Shown: positions 20,215 through 28,359 of the stretch, piece by piece
Position numbering within the stretch: position 1 is the stretch's first letter
How the letters are laid out: each line of letters opens with the position of its first letter
Origin: Thioalkalivibrio paradoxus ARh 1
Lineage (GTDB): Bacteria; Pseudomonadota; Gammaproteobacteria; Ectothiorhodospirales; Ectothiorhodospiraceae
Direction of reading: 5' to 3'
Assembly (NCBI RefSeq): GCF_000227685.2
Contig: NZ_CP007029.1
Coordinates: forward strand, 306,047 to 338,046
DNA: 32,000 nucleotides
Made by a program: the position numbers and the translations under genes
The notes under the pieces: model-generated
What the model was told of the DNA's origin: nothing
What the model saw: the letters and a program-made list of their open reading frames with translations, nothing else
Database searches by the model: none

Positions 20215-20655
20215 ATGAACCACGAAAGCCGCGTAGCGAAGGCGCTGCGCACCCTGGATGCCCCGGCCCGCCGGGCTCCGATCGTGTGGACCGGGGCGCG
20301 TATCCAGGAAGAGCTGGCGAAGGCATTGTTGCCGCTGGTCCGGAAACAGCGCCGCGAAGCGGAAGAGCGCACCTACCTGGAACGCGAGGCTCGGTTCCTC
20401 CGCGGAACAGACAGCCCGTTCCTGCAGGCGCGTCTGGCCAGGATCGAGGCCCGAATCGCTGAGATCGCACCACCGGAGCCGGAACCCACGCGGAGACAGC
20501 GCCGGGAGTATCGCAAGCGCCTGGCCGAAGAACTCGCCGACCTGCGCCGTCGAGCGGATCGCTTCGACCACGATCCTGCCTGGGCCGAGGTATTGGCCAG
20601 AGAGACGATTGCCGAGCGCCGCGCCCAGCTCGCGGAGAGCCGCCGCGCGTCGTGA
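20215..20655 (+). CDS. hypothetical coiled-coil protein (146 aa)
   Basis: ATG 20215; charged, helical composition; no recognisable domain. Confidence 0.5.
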   Translation: MNHESRVAKALRTLDAPARRAPIVWTGARIQEELAKALLPLVRKQRREAEERTYLEREARFLRGTDSPFLQARLARIEARIAEIAPPEPEPTRRQRREYRKRLAEELADLRRRADRFDHDPAWAEVLARETIAERRAQLAESRRAS

Positions 20656-20718
20656 TGCGACCATGGACCTGTACGACGTACCACGGTGCCGACGGGCGCC
20701 ATAACCGAGGACCGACCG

Positions 20719-21093
20719 ATGATGAACACCGATCCTTACGCGGAGCTCGACCGCCTCGTTTCCGAGTTTTCCAAGAGCGCTGTGCCCCCTGACCTGCCCG
20801 ACCGCCGACCATCGAGCAAGCAGTTCACCGACAGCAGCCGCCGGCTGCGCGACTACAACTCCGATCGCGAGTTGCAGCTTGAGCAGATCCGCCGTGATCG
20901 CCAGCAAATGAAGGCCGACTTCGAGGCTGGCAAGCTGGACCCGGCTGGCGTGATGCGCCGCGAGGTTGAGCTAAACCGGGCTGAGAACGCAGTCATGACG
21001 AAAGTTGCACCGCTGGTTGCTGCCGGTGCCCGGATGGCCGGTGCTGCCATGGCTGGGGCCGCTGCCTCGCCACCGCCGAGGGATCGGCACTGA
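20719..21093 (+). CDS. hypothetical protein (~124 aa)
   Basis: ORF 20686..21093, likely start MMNTDPYAELD at 20719; hydrophobic Ala/Gly-rich C-terminal segment. Confidence 0.45.
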   Translation: MMNTDPYAELDRLVSEFSKSAVPPDLPDRRPSSKQFTDSSRRLRDYNSDRELQLEQIRRDRQQMKADFEAGKLDPAGVMRREVELNRAENAVMTKVAPLVAAGARMAGAAMAGAAASPPPRDRH

Positions 21094-21314
21094 TGGCCCG
21101 CATCCACGGGCCGCGGCACCTGGAAGAACTGCTGCACACGGTCCGAAAGGTCCAGCGCAACCAGCAGGACATGATGAAGGCGCACGCAGCCCGGCGCCGC
21201 GCCCTGGGTGAGATGCTTCAGCGGCCCGGCGTGGACCCCATGGACGTTGCGCGCGCGGAGGTCGCCTTGAACCACGCGGCCCCGGTCCTGACGGTCCTGC
21301 GCCGCGACGGATGA
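21093..21314 (+). CDS. hypothetical protein (73 aa)
   Basis: TGATG overlap with the upstream stop; followed by a strong terminator. Confidence 0.45.
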   Translation: MARIHGPRHLEELLHTVRKVQRNQQDMMKAHAARRRALGEMLQRPGVDPMDVARAEVALNHAAPVLTVLRRDG

Positions 21315-21347
21315 CCCGAATTCTCGTGTCGGCTCCTGCCAGAGTTG

Positions 21348-21372
21348 CCCGGCCTCGTGCCGGGTTCTTTTT
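21348..21372 (+). terminator. rho-independent terminator
   Basis: CCCGGC-CTCGT-GCCGGG followed by TTCTTTTT. Confidence 0.7.
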
Positions 21373-21398
21373 GCCCGTTTCGGCCCGGGTTTTACCCC

Positions 21399-21447
21399 GT
21401 TTCGTATCGTATCGGAATACGTATTCGCCAATGCATGCGGATACGAA
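21399..21447. promoter_or_regulatory. nested inverted/direct repeats of CGTAT/ATACG (candidate operator)
   Basis: TTCGTATC (21401-21408) vs GATACGAA (21440-21447); CGTAT at 21403 and 21408; ATACG at 21417 and 21441; central ATGCAT; locally AT-richer. Confidence 0.35.
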
Positions 21448-21650
21448 GCAGCCCTGGGCAGGAAGGGTTCCCGTCTGGCGGCAGGCAGAAAAACGCCCCG
21501 CCTACATGAGCCTGACAGACGGGGCGACCCGCGTCGGAGACCGAGGAACCGGGCGGGCGGGGGCAGTGTAGTGTCACGCCGGTCTGGAGCGCTTCACAGC
21601 GCGCAGCGTGGTACGTTTGCAGCCATCGGAACACGGCCCAGGAGGCGGCC

Positions 21651-24134
21651 ATGAGCGACGTTCGATTTTCTGCAGATCCCAGCAGTGTCCTGCGCGCGAT
21701 GCAGGACATCCAGCGCGCGATCCAGCGCGCGGGACAGGAAGGCAAGGCCTTCTCCGAGATGGACCTGTCGCATCCGGAGTTGAAGGACCTGGAGCGCGAC
21801 ATGGCGCGGCTGCGTTCGAGCATGCTGGCGCTGCAGCGGATTTCCCCGGGAAGCCAGTTTGCGCGGGGGCTCAAGCAGTCCGGGCAAGCCGGGATGGACC
21901 CATGGGCGGTGGATTGGCGCCGTGCGTTTCCGGAGCAGCAGCAGCGGGACAAGGCGCTGCATCGGCTGGTGCAGGGATCCGGGCATGCCTACGGTGGCGA
22001 TGGCGGCCAGCGTCCGCCGGGTGGTGGTGGTTTCGCGGCGCCGATGGGTGGTTCGCTGGGGACGCTCGCACGCACGGCGCTGCCGATCGCGATGGGCGGT
22101 GGCCTCGTGGCCAGCCTGATGCGCGGGTTGCGTGAGGCCGACCAGACCAGCGAGGCCACCGATACCCTGATGCGTTACGACGAGCTGGGGCGCACATTCG
22201 ACGAACTGCGCGACAGCGTGACCGGGTTGCTGACCCAATTCGGGCTGGCCAATGCCGAGGCCGCCCGGCTGGCCGAGGGCTATGCGCGTGCTTCGGGCGA
22301 GGTGGAAGGCGCGACCGATGCGGTCAAGGATTCGGTGGCGCTGGCCCGCGGCCTGGGGATGAATGCCGAGGGCACGACGCGAGCGTTCGGCAGCCTGCAA
22401 TTCTCGGGCGTGTTCGATCGTCAGGACCGGCGCGAGTTCGCGACCATGCTGGCCGAGATGATCGGCCGGTCCGGCATGTATGCCCGCGGCGACGAACTCC
22501 TGGGCCAGGTGACGCGGATGGCGGATCGGGTGTGGGAGGCGACGCTCGAGGCGCCGAACACGCGGGCGATCATGGAAGCCTACTCGGCGATGTTCGACGT
22601 ATCGGCCGCGACCGGGAAAACCGCGCTGAAGGGTGGTGCCGGCGAACGCATCCTGGCCGCGGCCGATGCCGGGGTCCGCAACATCGGTGGCGGCGAGGCC
22701 GGCGAGTTCTTCATGTACCGGGCGCTGTCCGGGGTGACCGGCGACATCTACAAGCAGCGCTACCTGCGCGACTACGGCGCGTTCGGGACGCCTGGGCAGG
22801 CCTTCGGTGGCGACGACAATCGCACCCTGCTGCAGATCGTGATGGACCAGTTCCGGCGCGATGCCAAGAACCTGAACAACCCGTATGCGTCGTACTCGGC
22901 GCTGGGCGGGTTCTTCAACATATCCAGCCGGCAGGCCGAGGCCATGATGGCGGTGGACAAGCAGATGCGCCAGTCCGGCCTGGGCAACATGCAGTCGCTG
23001 CTGGAGCAGTCCGGCGTTGACCTGTCCGAGATGGACGCGTCGGGCCTGGGGCAGATCGCGAAGATCATCGAGGAAGCGCGCGCGGCCGGACCGGTGAACG
23101 TCGAGGACGTGGCGGATGCGATCCGGCGTGCGGCCGAGGAAGGGCGGATTCAGACCGTGGCGTCCGAATCGAACCGGGAAATGGCCCGCCTGTCCGACCA
23201 GCTCGAGCAACTGATGCGCGATGCACGCCCGTTGCTGACCAACCTGACGGGCTACCTCGCGGATGGGGTCGGCGTGGTGAACGATCTGATCGGAGAGATC
23301 AAGCAGGTCAACGAAAACCTCGCCTGGATCCGCAATCGACTGGGTTTCAGCCCGCTCCAGGCCCCGGAAGGGGTGCCCCCGGCGCAAAGCGCGATCATGG
23401 AGCAGATGATGCGCCTGCCGCTGTCGCTCTGGCAGGGTAGGCGCTCGGCGCTGGACTGGATGCGCGAGCGTTTCTCCCGGGAAGATAAGCCGGAGTCGTC
23501 CGAGCCAGAACCGTCTGGCGGCCTGGGCCGCATCGGCCCCGGGATCATCCCGTGGTCTGACCTGCACACGGTCGGGCCGGAGATCGGCTTGACCGATGGA
23601 ATCCCATCACGGGCCGCGATGGAGCGCGTGGATGCCCATTACAACCTGCCTCGGGGCACGATCTGGGCGCTGACCCGCACCGAGAGTAATCACGACCCGA
23701 ACGCCGTTTCCCATGCGGGTGCGATGGGGATCGCGCAGTTCATGCCGGGGACCGCCCGGGACATGGGCCTGAACGACCCGTTCGACCCGTATGCGTCGAT
23801 CGAAGCGGCCGGCCGCTACATGCGCCACCTGCTCGACCAGCCCTACATCCACACGCTGCAGGACGCTCTGGCTTCCTACAACGCAGGCCCCGGCAACTTC
23901 CGGGACCGCGGCGCCTACTACTGGCGCGAGCCCACCGAGCACCGGGAACGCTTCGAACGTCACTTCAGCGCCTACCAGCGCGACAACCCGGATCCGGTCA
24001 ATGTCGTGGTGCATGTGCATCCGCAACCGGACGGGCCGCCGGAGGTCGAGGTCGAGGTCGATGGCCGCGTCCGGGACACCAGCGTTGGCGAAGGCGCCTA
24101 CCACCTGAGCGACTTCGCGTTCGGGGCCGGCTGA
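21651..24134 (+). CDS. tape-measure-like protein with C-terminal lytic transglycosylase (SLT) domain
   Basis: 827 aa, RBS CAGGAGG; C-terminal SLT motifs (LTRTESNHDPNAVSHAGAMGIAQFMPGTA...ASYNAGPGN); Gly-rich and helical repeats in the N-terminal two thirds resemble phage tape-measure core regions. Confidence 0.7.
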   Translation: MSDVRFSADPSSVLRAMQDIQRAIQRAGQEGKAFSEMDLSHPELKDLERDMARLRSSMLALQRISPGSQFARGLKQSGQAGMDPWAVDWRRAFPEQQQRDKALHRLVQGSGHAYGGDGGQRPPGGGGFAAPMGGSLGTLARTALPIAMGGGLVASLMRGLREADQTSEATDTLMRYDELGRTFDELRDSVTGLLTQFGLANAEAARLAEGYARASGEVEGATDAVKDSVALARGLGMNAEGTTRAFGSLQFSGVFDRQDRREFATMLAEMIGRSGMYARGDELLGQVTRMADRVWEATLEAPNTRAIMEAYSAMFDVSAATGKTALKGGAGERILAAADAGVRNIGGGEAGEFFMYRALSGVTGDIYKQRYLRDYGAFGTPGQAFGGDDNRTLLQIVMDQFRRDAKNLNNPYASYSALGGFFNISSRQAEAMMAVDKQMRQSGLGNMQSLLEQSGVDLSEMDASGLGQIAKIIEEARAAGPVNVEDVADAIRRAAEEGRIQTVASESNREMARLSDQLEQLMRDARPLLTNLTGYLADGVGVVNDLIGEIKQVNENLAWIRNRLGFSPLQAPEGVPPAQSAIMEQMMRLPLSLWQGRRSALDWMRERFSREDKPESSEPEPSGGLGRIGPGIIPWSDLHTVGPEIGLTDGIPSRAAMERVDAHYNLPRGTIWALTRTESNHDPNAVSHAGAMGIAQFMPGTARDMGLNDPFDPYASIEAAGRYMRHLLDQPYIHTLQDALASYNAGPGNFRDRGAYYWREPTEHRERFERHFSAYQRDNPDPVNVVVHVHPQPDGPPEVEVEVDGRVRDTSVGEGAYHLSDFAFGAG

Positions 24135-24155
24135 CCAGTCCGTCATTCCCACCTG

Positions 24156-24183
24156 AGCCCCGGCACGTCCGGGGCTTTCTCGT
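24156..24183 (+). terminator. hairpin terminator candidate
   Basis: AGCCCCGG-CACGT-CCGGGGCT followed by TTCTCGTT (weak T tract). Confidence 0.45.
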
Positions 24184-24956
24184 TGTGGGCGGCCGACATC
24201 GCGGCGAGGGTTCAGGAGTTGCGCGAGCAGAACCCCGACGTCACCCAGCGGGAGATTGCGGAAAGCGCGGGGGTGACGCAACAAAGGGTGTCACAAGTAA
24301 TTACTTGTACCCCTGAGAAGAAGCAAGCCGAGTCGAAGCGCCTATCCGCCCGCCAGCTCTACCTGCCGAAGGATGCGGCGCAGGCGGCCGACATCGCGGC
24401 GAAGGTGCGGGAGATGAAGGAGCAGAACCCGGAGGCGACGCAGAGGGAGATTGCCGCCGAGGTTGGTATCAGTGATCGGCATGTGAGGCGGATCAATGAG
24501 GACACAACTGTGTCCGCTTCCCGCAAGGCCCGTAATTCCGCCAACACGACCGCCCGCCAGCTCTACCTGCCGAAGGATGCAGCGCAGGCGGCCGACATCG
24601 CGGCGAAGGTGCGGGAGGCTGCGGAGAATCCGTTGCGGGAAAGCACCGGCAGACCGGAAGGGAAGAATGTTGTTAATAACAACATTAGAGCGGGCAATCA
24701 TGACCAGACCTACACCCTTCGCCGCCTGGCCCGCGATAACCCGGAACTGCTGGACAAGGTAGAAGCCGGCGAACTGACAGCCAATGCCGCCGCGATCCAG
24801 GCCGGGTTCCGGAAACCTACCAAGACCATCCCGGTGGACTCGGCAGAATCTGCAGTCCGGGCACTGCTGCGCGTGTTCCTGGCGGCCGAAATCCAGGCCG
24901 CGATTACCGAGGACAAGGAGCCGAGCGCGGGGGCGGTGGCCCCGGATGTGTCGTGA
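24183..24956 (+). CDS. protein with three tandem HTH-like modules plus a YTLRRLARDNPELLDKVEAGELTANAAAIQAGF DNA-binding-like module
   Basis: TTG start per ORF track (no nearby ATG); modules ADIAA(R/K)V(Q/R)E..EQNP..TQREIA...G; contains a 68-bp near-exact in-frame duplication. Confidence 0.55.
   Translation: MWAADIAARVQELREQNPDVTQREIAESAGVTQQRVSQVITCTPEKKQAESKRLSARQLYLPKDAAQAADIAAKVREMKEQNPEATQREIAAEVGISDRHVRRINEDTTVSASRKARNSANTTARQLYLPKDAAQAADIAAKVREAAENPLRESTGRPEGKNVVNNNIRAGNHDQTYTLRRLARDNPELLDKVEAGELTANAAAIQAGFRKPTKTIPVDSAESAVRALLRVFLAAEIQAAITEDKEPSAGAVAPDVS
24346..24617. repeat. 68-bp direct repeat (24346-24413 and 24550-24617), one mismatch, 204-bp offset
   Basis: CCGCCCGCCAGCTCTACCTGCCGAAGGATGC(G/A)GCGCAGGCGGCCGACATCGCGGCGAAGGTGCGGGAG in both copies; offset of 68 codons keeps the frame. 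Confidence 0.9.
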
Positions 24957-25019
24957 CGGCAACCTCTCGTTACCGGGCTGGAATTCGCCAGAACCCGGTC
25001 AACCGAGGAAAAGACCGAG

Positions 25020-25763
25020 ATGCAGAACATGACCGAGAAAGCCCGCGATCGCGTGGCCGCGGCGCAAGCCGAACTGGACGAGGCCGTATCCCGTGGCGAG
25101 GACACGAGTTCGATCCGTGCGACGTTGGGCCTGGCCATCGAGGAACTGGACCGGGTCGAAGCCGAAACCGAGGCACAGGCTCGCGCGGCGGCCGGTGCCG
25201 CGCAGGATGCTGTTCGTGCCGACGCTGAGCGACTGGCGAACGAAGCCGCCGCAGAGATTCAGGATGTCGTGGACCGGGTGCTTACGATCTCGAAGCCCGA
25301 GGTCGAGGTGCCAGCGGATCGCGCGGTGGACCTGTTGCTGGCGCAACAGAAGGCCCAAGCCGAGGATTCCGCGATTCGGGCTCACCGCCACAAGGTCGGG
25401 GAGCTTCGGGAACGCCTTGAGCGCCTGAAGGCCGAGCGTGCCGAGATCGGACAGCGACGGGCTGCGGGTGATGAACGCCCCGACGATGCCGCGCGGGTCC
25501 ACCTGCTGGCGACGGATGCCGAAGCGCTGGAGGATCTGATCGCGCGAGTCGAAGCCGAAGCGCCGGCCCGGGACGAACTCGTGACCAAGGCGCTGCGCGA
25601 GTGGGAGCGCGGCTGGAACAACGCGGTCAAGGAGGTTCGCGTTCACGCGCTGGCGTTGACCTGCCAGCGTCTTGAACTGGCGTTGATGGCCGCGGCGACC
25701 GCGCACCGAGACGCCGGCGGTATTCGGCGCATGGACGCGCGGTTGGCGCAGTGGGTGCGGTGA
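25020..25763 (+). CDS. hypothetical coiled-coil protein (247 aa)
   Basis: Ala/Glu/Arg-rich helical composition; no recognisable domain. Confidence 0.5.
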   Translation: MQNMTEKARDRVAAAQAELDEAVSRGEDTSSIRATLGLAIEELDRVEAETEAQARAAAGAAQDAVRADAERLANEAAAEIQDVVDRVLTISKPEVEVPADRAVDLLLAQQKAQAEDSAIRAHRHKVGELRERLERLKAERAEIGQRRAAGDERPDDAARVHLLATDAEALEDLIARVEAEAPARDELVTKALREWERGWNNAVKEVRVHALALTCQRLELALMAAATAHRDAGGIRRMDARLAQWVR

Positions 25764-25966
25764 TGGCCGCCCCGACTGGACGCAAGCCTGGCCGACCGCG
25801 GAACCTCGGACGCCAAACGCGCCTGGCGCTGCATGATCGCCTGGCGCCTGAGATTCCTGGGCTCATTGAAGGCATGATCCGGCAGGCCAAGCTGGGCGAC
25901 TCGCGGGCGATCGCTTGGTGCCTGGACCGGGCGCTGGGGCCGGGTAGTCTGCCCGCCGATGGCTGA
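25763..25966 (+). CDS. small protein with AT-hook-like N-terminus (GRKPGRPR)
   Basis: ATG 25763 overlapping the upstream TGA; pattern ...IRQAKLGDSRAIAWCLDR resembles small phage packaging/regulatory proteins; tentative. Confidence 0.4.
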   Translation: MAAPTGRKPGRPRNLGRQTRLALHDRLAPEIPGLIEGMIRQAKLGDSRAIAWCLDRALGPGSLPADG

Positions 25967-26252
25967 TGAGCGGCCGGACCCGGAGGGCTGGCGTGTCACT
26001 GACCACGTGTGCCGGTACTGCCTTGGGCGCGTCCTGGAAGGCCAGCGGGAGGACGGCAGCATCGTTGCCCGCTGTGCCGACTGCGGAGCCCGCGGTGAGG
26101 GGCCGCACGACAGCGTATGCTTCTGCGGTGCGGCACTACCGAACGGCCGGCATGCTGGGCTGGCCTGCGTGCCGAACGAGAATCCGACCCCGGAGCGCTC
26201 GGCTGAGGTTGTGGTGATCTACGTTGGGGAGGATGTGCGATGCCGAGGTTGA
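25959..26252 (+). CDS. Cys-rich zinc-ribbon-like protein (97 aa)
   Basis: CRYC...CADC plus CFC...C spacing; overlaps neighbours on both sides. Confidence 0.45.
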   Translation: MADERPDPEGWRVTDHVCRYCLGRVLEGQREDGSIVARCADCGARGEGPHDSVCFCGAALPNGRHAGLACVPNENPTPERSAEVVVIYVGEDVRCRG

Positions 26253-26815
26253 CGAAAGACGAGTGGGCCGAGGCGCGCGCCCTGCGGGAAGGGGCCGGGT
26301 TGCCGTTCTCGGAGATCGCCGAGCGGATGGGCGTGGACCGTGCCGCAGTGTCCCGCCGAGCGAAGAAGGAACAGTGGGACGACGGGCAGAATGTCGCCGT
26401 AGCCATCCAGAAGAAAGTCACGGAAAAGCTCACGCGGATAGTCACGCCGAGTGACCCGGTAAAAAAGGCCGAAGCCATCGACGCCGAGGCCGCCCGCCGG
26501 GCTGGAGTGATCGACAAGCACCGGGACGAACTCGAGGCCGCGCGGGTGATGGCCCGGGCCGCGAAGGAGAACCACCAGAACGTTGGGGACCAGATTCCCG
26601 CGGACATCCACGATCCGATGGAGCGGGCGCAGGCTCTGCTGTCCATGAAGCGCGGTGCCTTCGAGGACCTGAAGGCCGCGAAGATCCACGTTGAGACCCT
26701 GAAGCTGATTCAGGAGGGCGAGCGCAAGGCCTGGGGGCTGGATATGCCGGTGGACCTGAGTGCATTGACCGACGAGCAGCTTGCAGCGCTGGCATCCGGG
26801 CGGATGCCGGTCTGA
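26240..26815 (+). CDS. HTH protein resembling Mu gp27/DUF1804-type small terminase subunit
   Basis: N-terminus LTKDEWAEARALREGAGLPFSEIAERMGVDRAAVSRRAKKEQWDDG fits the Mu-like gp27 pattern from memory; helical C-terminus ending ERKAWGLD. Confidence 0.45.
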   Translation: MPRLTKDEWAEARALREGAGLPFSEIAERMGVDRAAVSRRAKKEQWDDGQNVAVAIQKKVTEKLTRIVTPSDPVKKAEAIDAEAARRAGVIDKHRDELEAARVMARAAKENHQNVGDQIPADIHDPMERAQALLSMKRGAFEDLKAAKIHVETLKLIQEGERKAWGLDMPVDLSALTDEQLAALASGRMPV

Positions 26816-26821
26816 AGGAGC

Positions 26822-27022
26822 CTACCCGAAGTCTCCCTCTCGGTCCTGGGCGGGCTTCCCGCCCTCGGTGCCCCCCGGCTGCTTCACCTTCGAGAGTTCC
26901 GCGTCGATGCGCCGGTCTACCTCGGCAACGTCCACCCCGTAGTCCTCGGGGTCGACCTGGCCCATGATCTCCTTCATGCGCCGGTCCACGCTCTCGCTGA
27001 TACTGTCGATTGAGCCGCCCAT
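26822..27022 (-). CDS. hypothetical acidic protein (66 aa); only minus-strand gene in the element
   Basis: GGAGG RBS 5 nt upstream of the ATG; convergent with the TerS-like gene (6 bp between stops). Confidence 0.5.
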   Translation of the reverse strand: MGGSIDSISESVDRRMKEIMGQVDPEDYGVDVAEVDRRIDAELSKVKQPGGTEGGKPAQDREGDFG

Positions 27023-27114
27023 GGCTACCTCCGTCTGTCCGGTCCGTCCACCTTAATTGTAGGTTCTACCGGGATTCCGTGCCGTTTCCGGTGCGTTTCG
27101 TCGGGCTGGGAGCG

Positions 27115-27645
27115 ATGGCCCGCCGTGATACCAGACCCCCGATCCAGCGGGAGCGGGCCAAGGCCGGTGCCGAGAAGGCGAGGGCGAATCCTCTGGATAG
27201 CCACGGCGGAGACCGGAAAGGGGATCAAGGTTCGGGCCGAACCTTGAAGCCCAAGCGAGGGGAGAACCGCGACTACATCCTGTCCAGGCTGGCCCGGGAG
27301 GCGAAAGGCGGTGATGCCATCGAGATTCTGCGTCGCGAGATCCCGGACTATGACGCCAGGATCCAGCGGGAGCGGACGGCTGCGGTGAAGCCGGCGGCCA
27401 AGCATGGCGGGACCGGGGCGAACCAGTACACAGGCGAGGAGAGCAAACCTGACAATGTAAGGTCTGCTACTCCTGACCCCAAGCCCAAGGGTTACGGCAA
27501 CAGCAAGGACTACATCATCGGCCGCCTGAAGCGTGATTCGCGTCTCAATGGAGAAGCCTCGGGGCGAACCAATACACGGTCAATCAGAGCAAAGCTGATA
27601 ATATCAACTTTGCTTGTGCCAGTGAGCCAATGCCAGAAAGGGTGA
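27115..27645 (+). pseudogene. truncated/decayed paralog of the 19142-20017 gene
   Basis: Shares AIEILRREIPDYDARIQ..GGTGANQ..IIGRLKRD but then runs into AT-richer, non-homologous sequence; lacks the C-terminal domain of the full copy. Confidence 0.5.
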
Positions 27646-27820
27646 AAACAGCAGTGACAATGTAACGGCTGTTTCCCGGCGAGCCTAAGACCCGGGCGCG
27701 AACGGAGAGGAAAACAAAGCTTATAAAATAACCTTTGTTTCCATGCCCAAGCCCTGATGGTGGGAAAGGGAAGCGGCCGAAAGTTGGCTAAGCCCCGAGG
27801 GTAGGAAAGGCAAAGGAACT

Positions 27821-27880
27821 AAAGGTGCCAATGGCACAGTTAGTTCCGGGCGGGCAACCAAGCCGAGAGGTACCAACAGC
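27821..27880. repeat. third fragment of the same paralogous module
   Basis: AAAGGTGCCAATGGCACA...AAGCCGAGAGGTACCAACAGC matches 19613-19672; no intact ORF around it. Confidence 0.6.
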
Positions 27881-27987
27881 AAGAACAGCGAGCCGGTACC
27901 GTACCGACCGGGAACGCCCGCGTTGACCTGGCTACCGTCCTGGCCGATCCTTCCCGTACCCACCAACAGCCAGCGAGGGAACGCGCC

Positions 27988-28167
27988 ATGCTCGTACTGA
28001 CCCGCCGTGTCGGCGAAACGCTCATCATCGGCGACGAGATCGCCGTCACCATCCTGGACGTGAAGGGCAATCAGGCCCGCGTCGGCATCGAGGCGCCCAA
28101 GGACGTGACCATCCTCCGCGAGGAACTGAGGGACCGGCCGGCCCCGGCTGTGCGCAACGCCCGCTGA
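27988..28167 (+). CDS. csrA: carbon storage regulator CsrA/RsmA homolog (59 aa; below the ORF-track length cutoff)
   Basis: My translation: [59 protein letters not shown]; near-canonical CsrA signature (MLxLxRRxGE...VKGNQVRIGIxAPK...REE). Confidence 0.85.
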   Translation: MLVLTRRVGETLIIGDEIAVTILDVKGNQARVGIEAPKDVTILREELRDRPAPAVRNAR

Positions 28168-28192
28168 ACGTCCGTTCGGCCGGCCTGGGTAT

Positions 28193-28218
28193 CCCAGACG
28201 GAACCTGCTGGGTTTTCT
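28193..28218 (+). terminator. weak terminator candidate after csrA
   Basis: CCCAG-ACGGAACCTG-CTGGG followed by TTTTCT; the loop contains GGA. Confidence 0.3.
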
Positions 28219-28241
28219 GAGCGAGCAACCTGCCCTGGCGA

Positions 28242-28273
28242 GGGCAAGGCACTGCCTGGACGGTGCCTTGCCC
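28242..28273 (+). other. 11-bp perfect stem-loop with GGA in the loop
   Basis: GGGCAAGGCAC-TGCCTGGACG-GTGCCTTGCCC; no T tract after it. Confidence 0.5.
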
Positions 28274-28359
28274 GGTCGCGTGCGGGCGGTCGATACCGCT
28301 GGCATTCCTTTCAACCCGGTGCCATACTCCAATCAGAGGGCACGATTCAGGAGGCGGCA

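Noticed and set aside
21311-21571. 86-aa + strand ORF
   Set aside because: It starts inside the previous gene's stop region and reads through a strong rho-independent terminator and the ATACG repeat region. It has no RBS and no motifs.
21594-23567. 657-aa minus-strand ORF
   Set aside because: Antisense to the 827-aa gene that carries an unambiguous SLT domain and a good RBS, and its composition is typical of a spurious GC-rich frame.
27922-27950. TTGACC, 17-nt spacer, GATCCT as the csrA promoter
   Set aside because: The -35 element is good but the -10 element is very poor, which is not enough to call a promoter.
27721-28332. 203-aa minus-strand ORF
   Set aside because: It is antisense to the strongly supported csrA ORF and to decayed paralog fragments, with no motif support.
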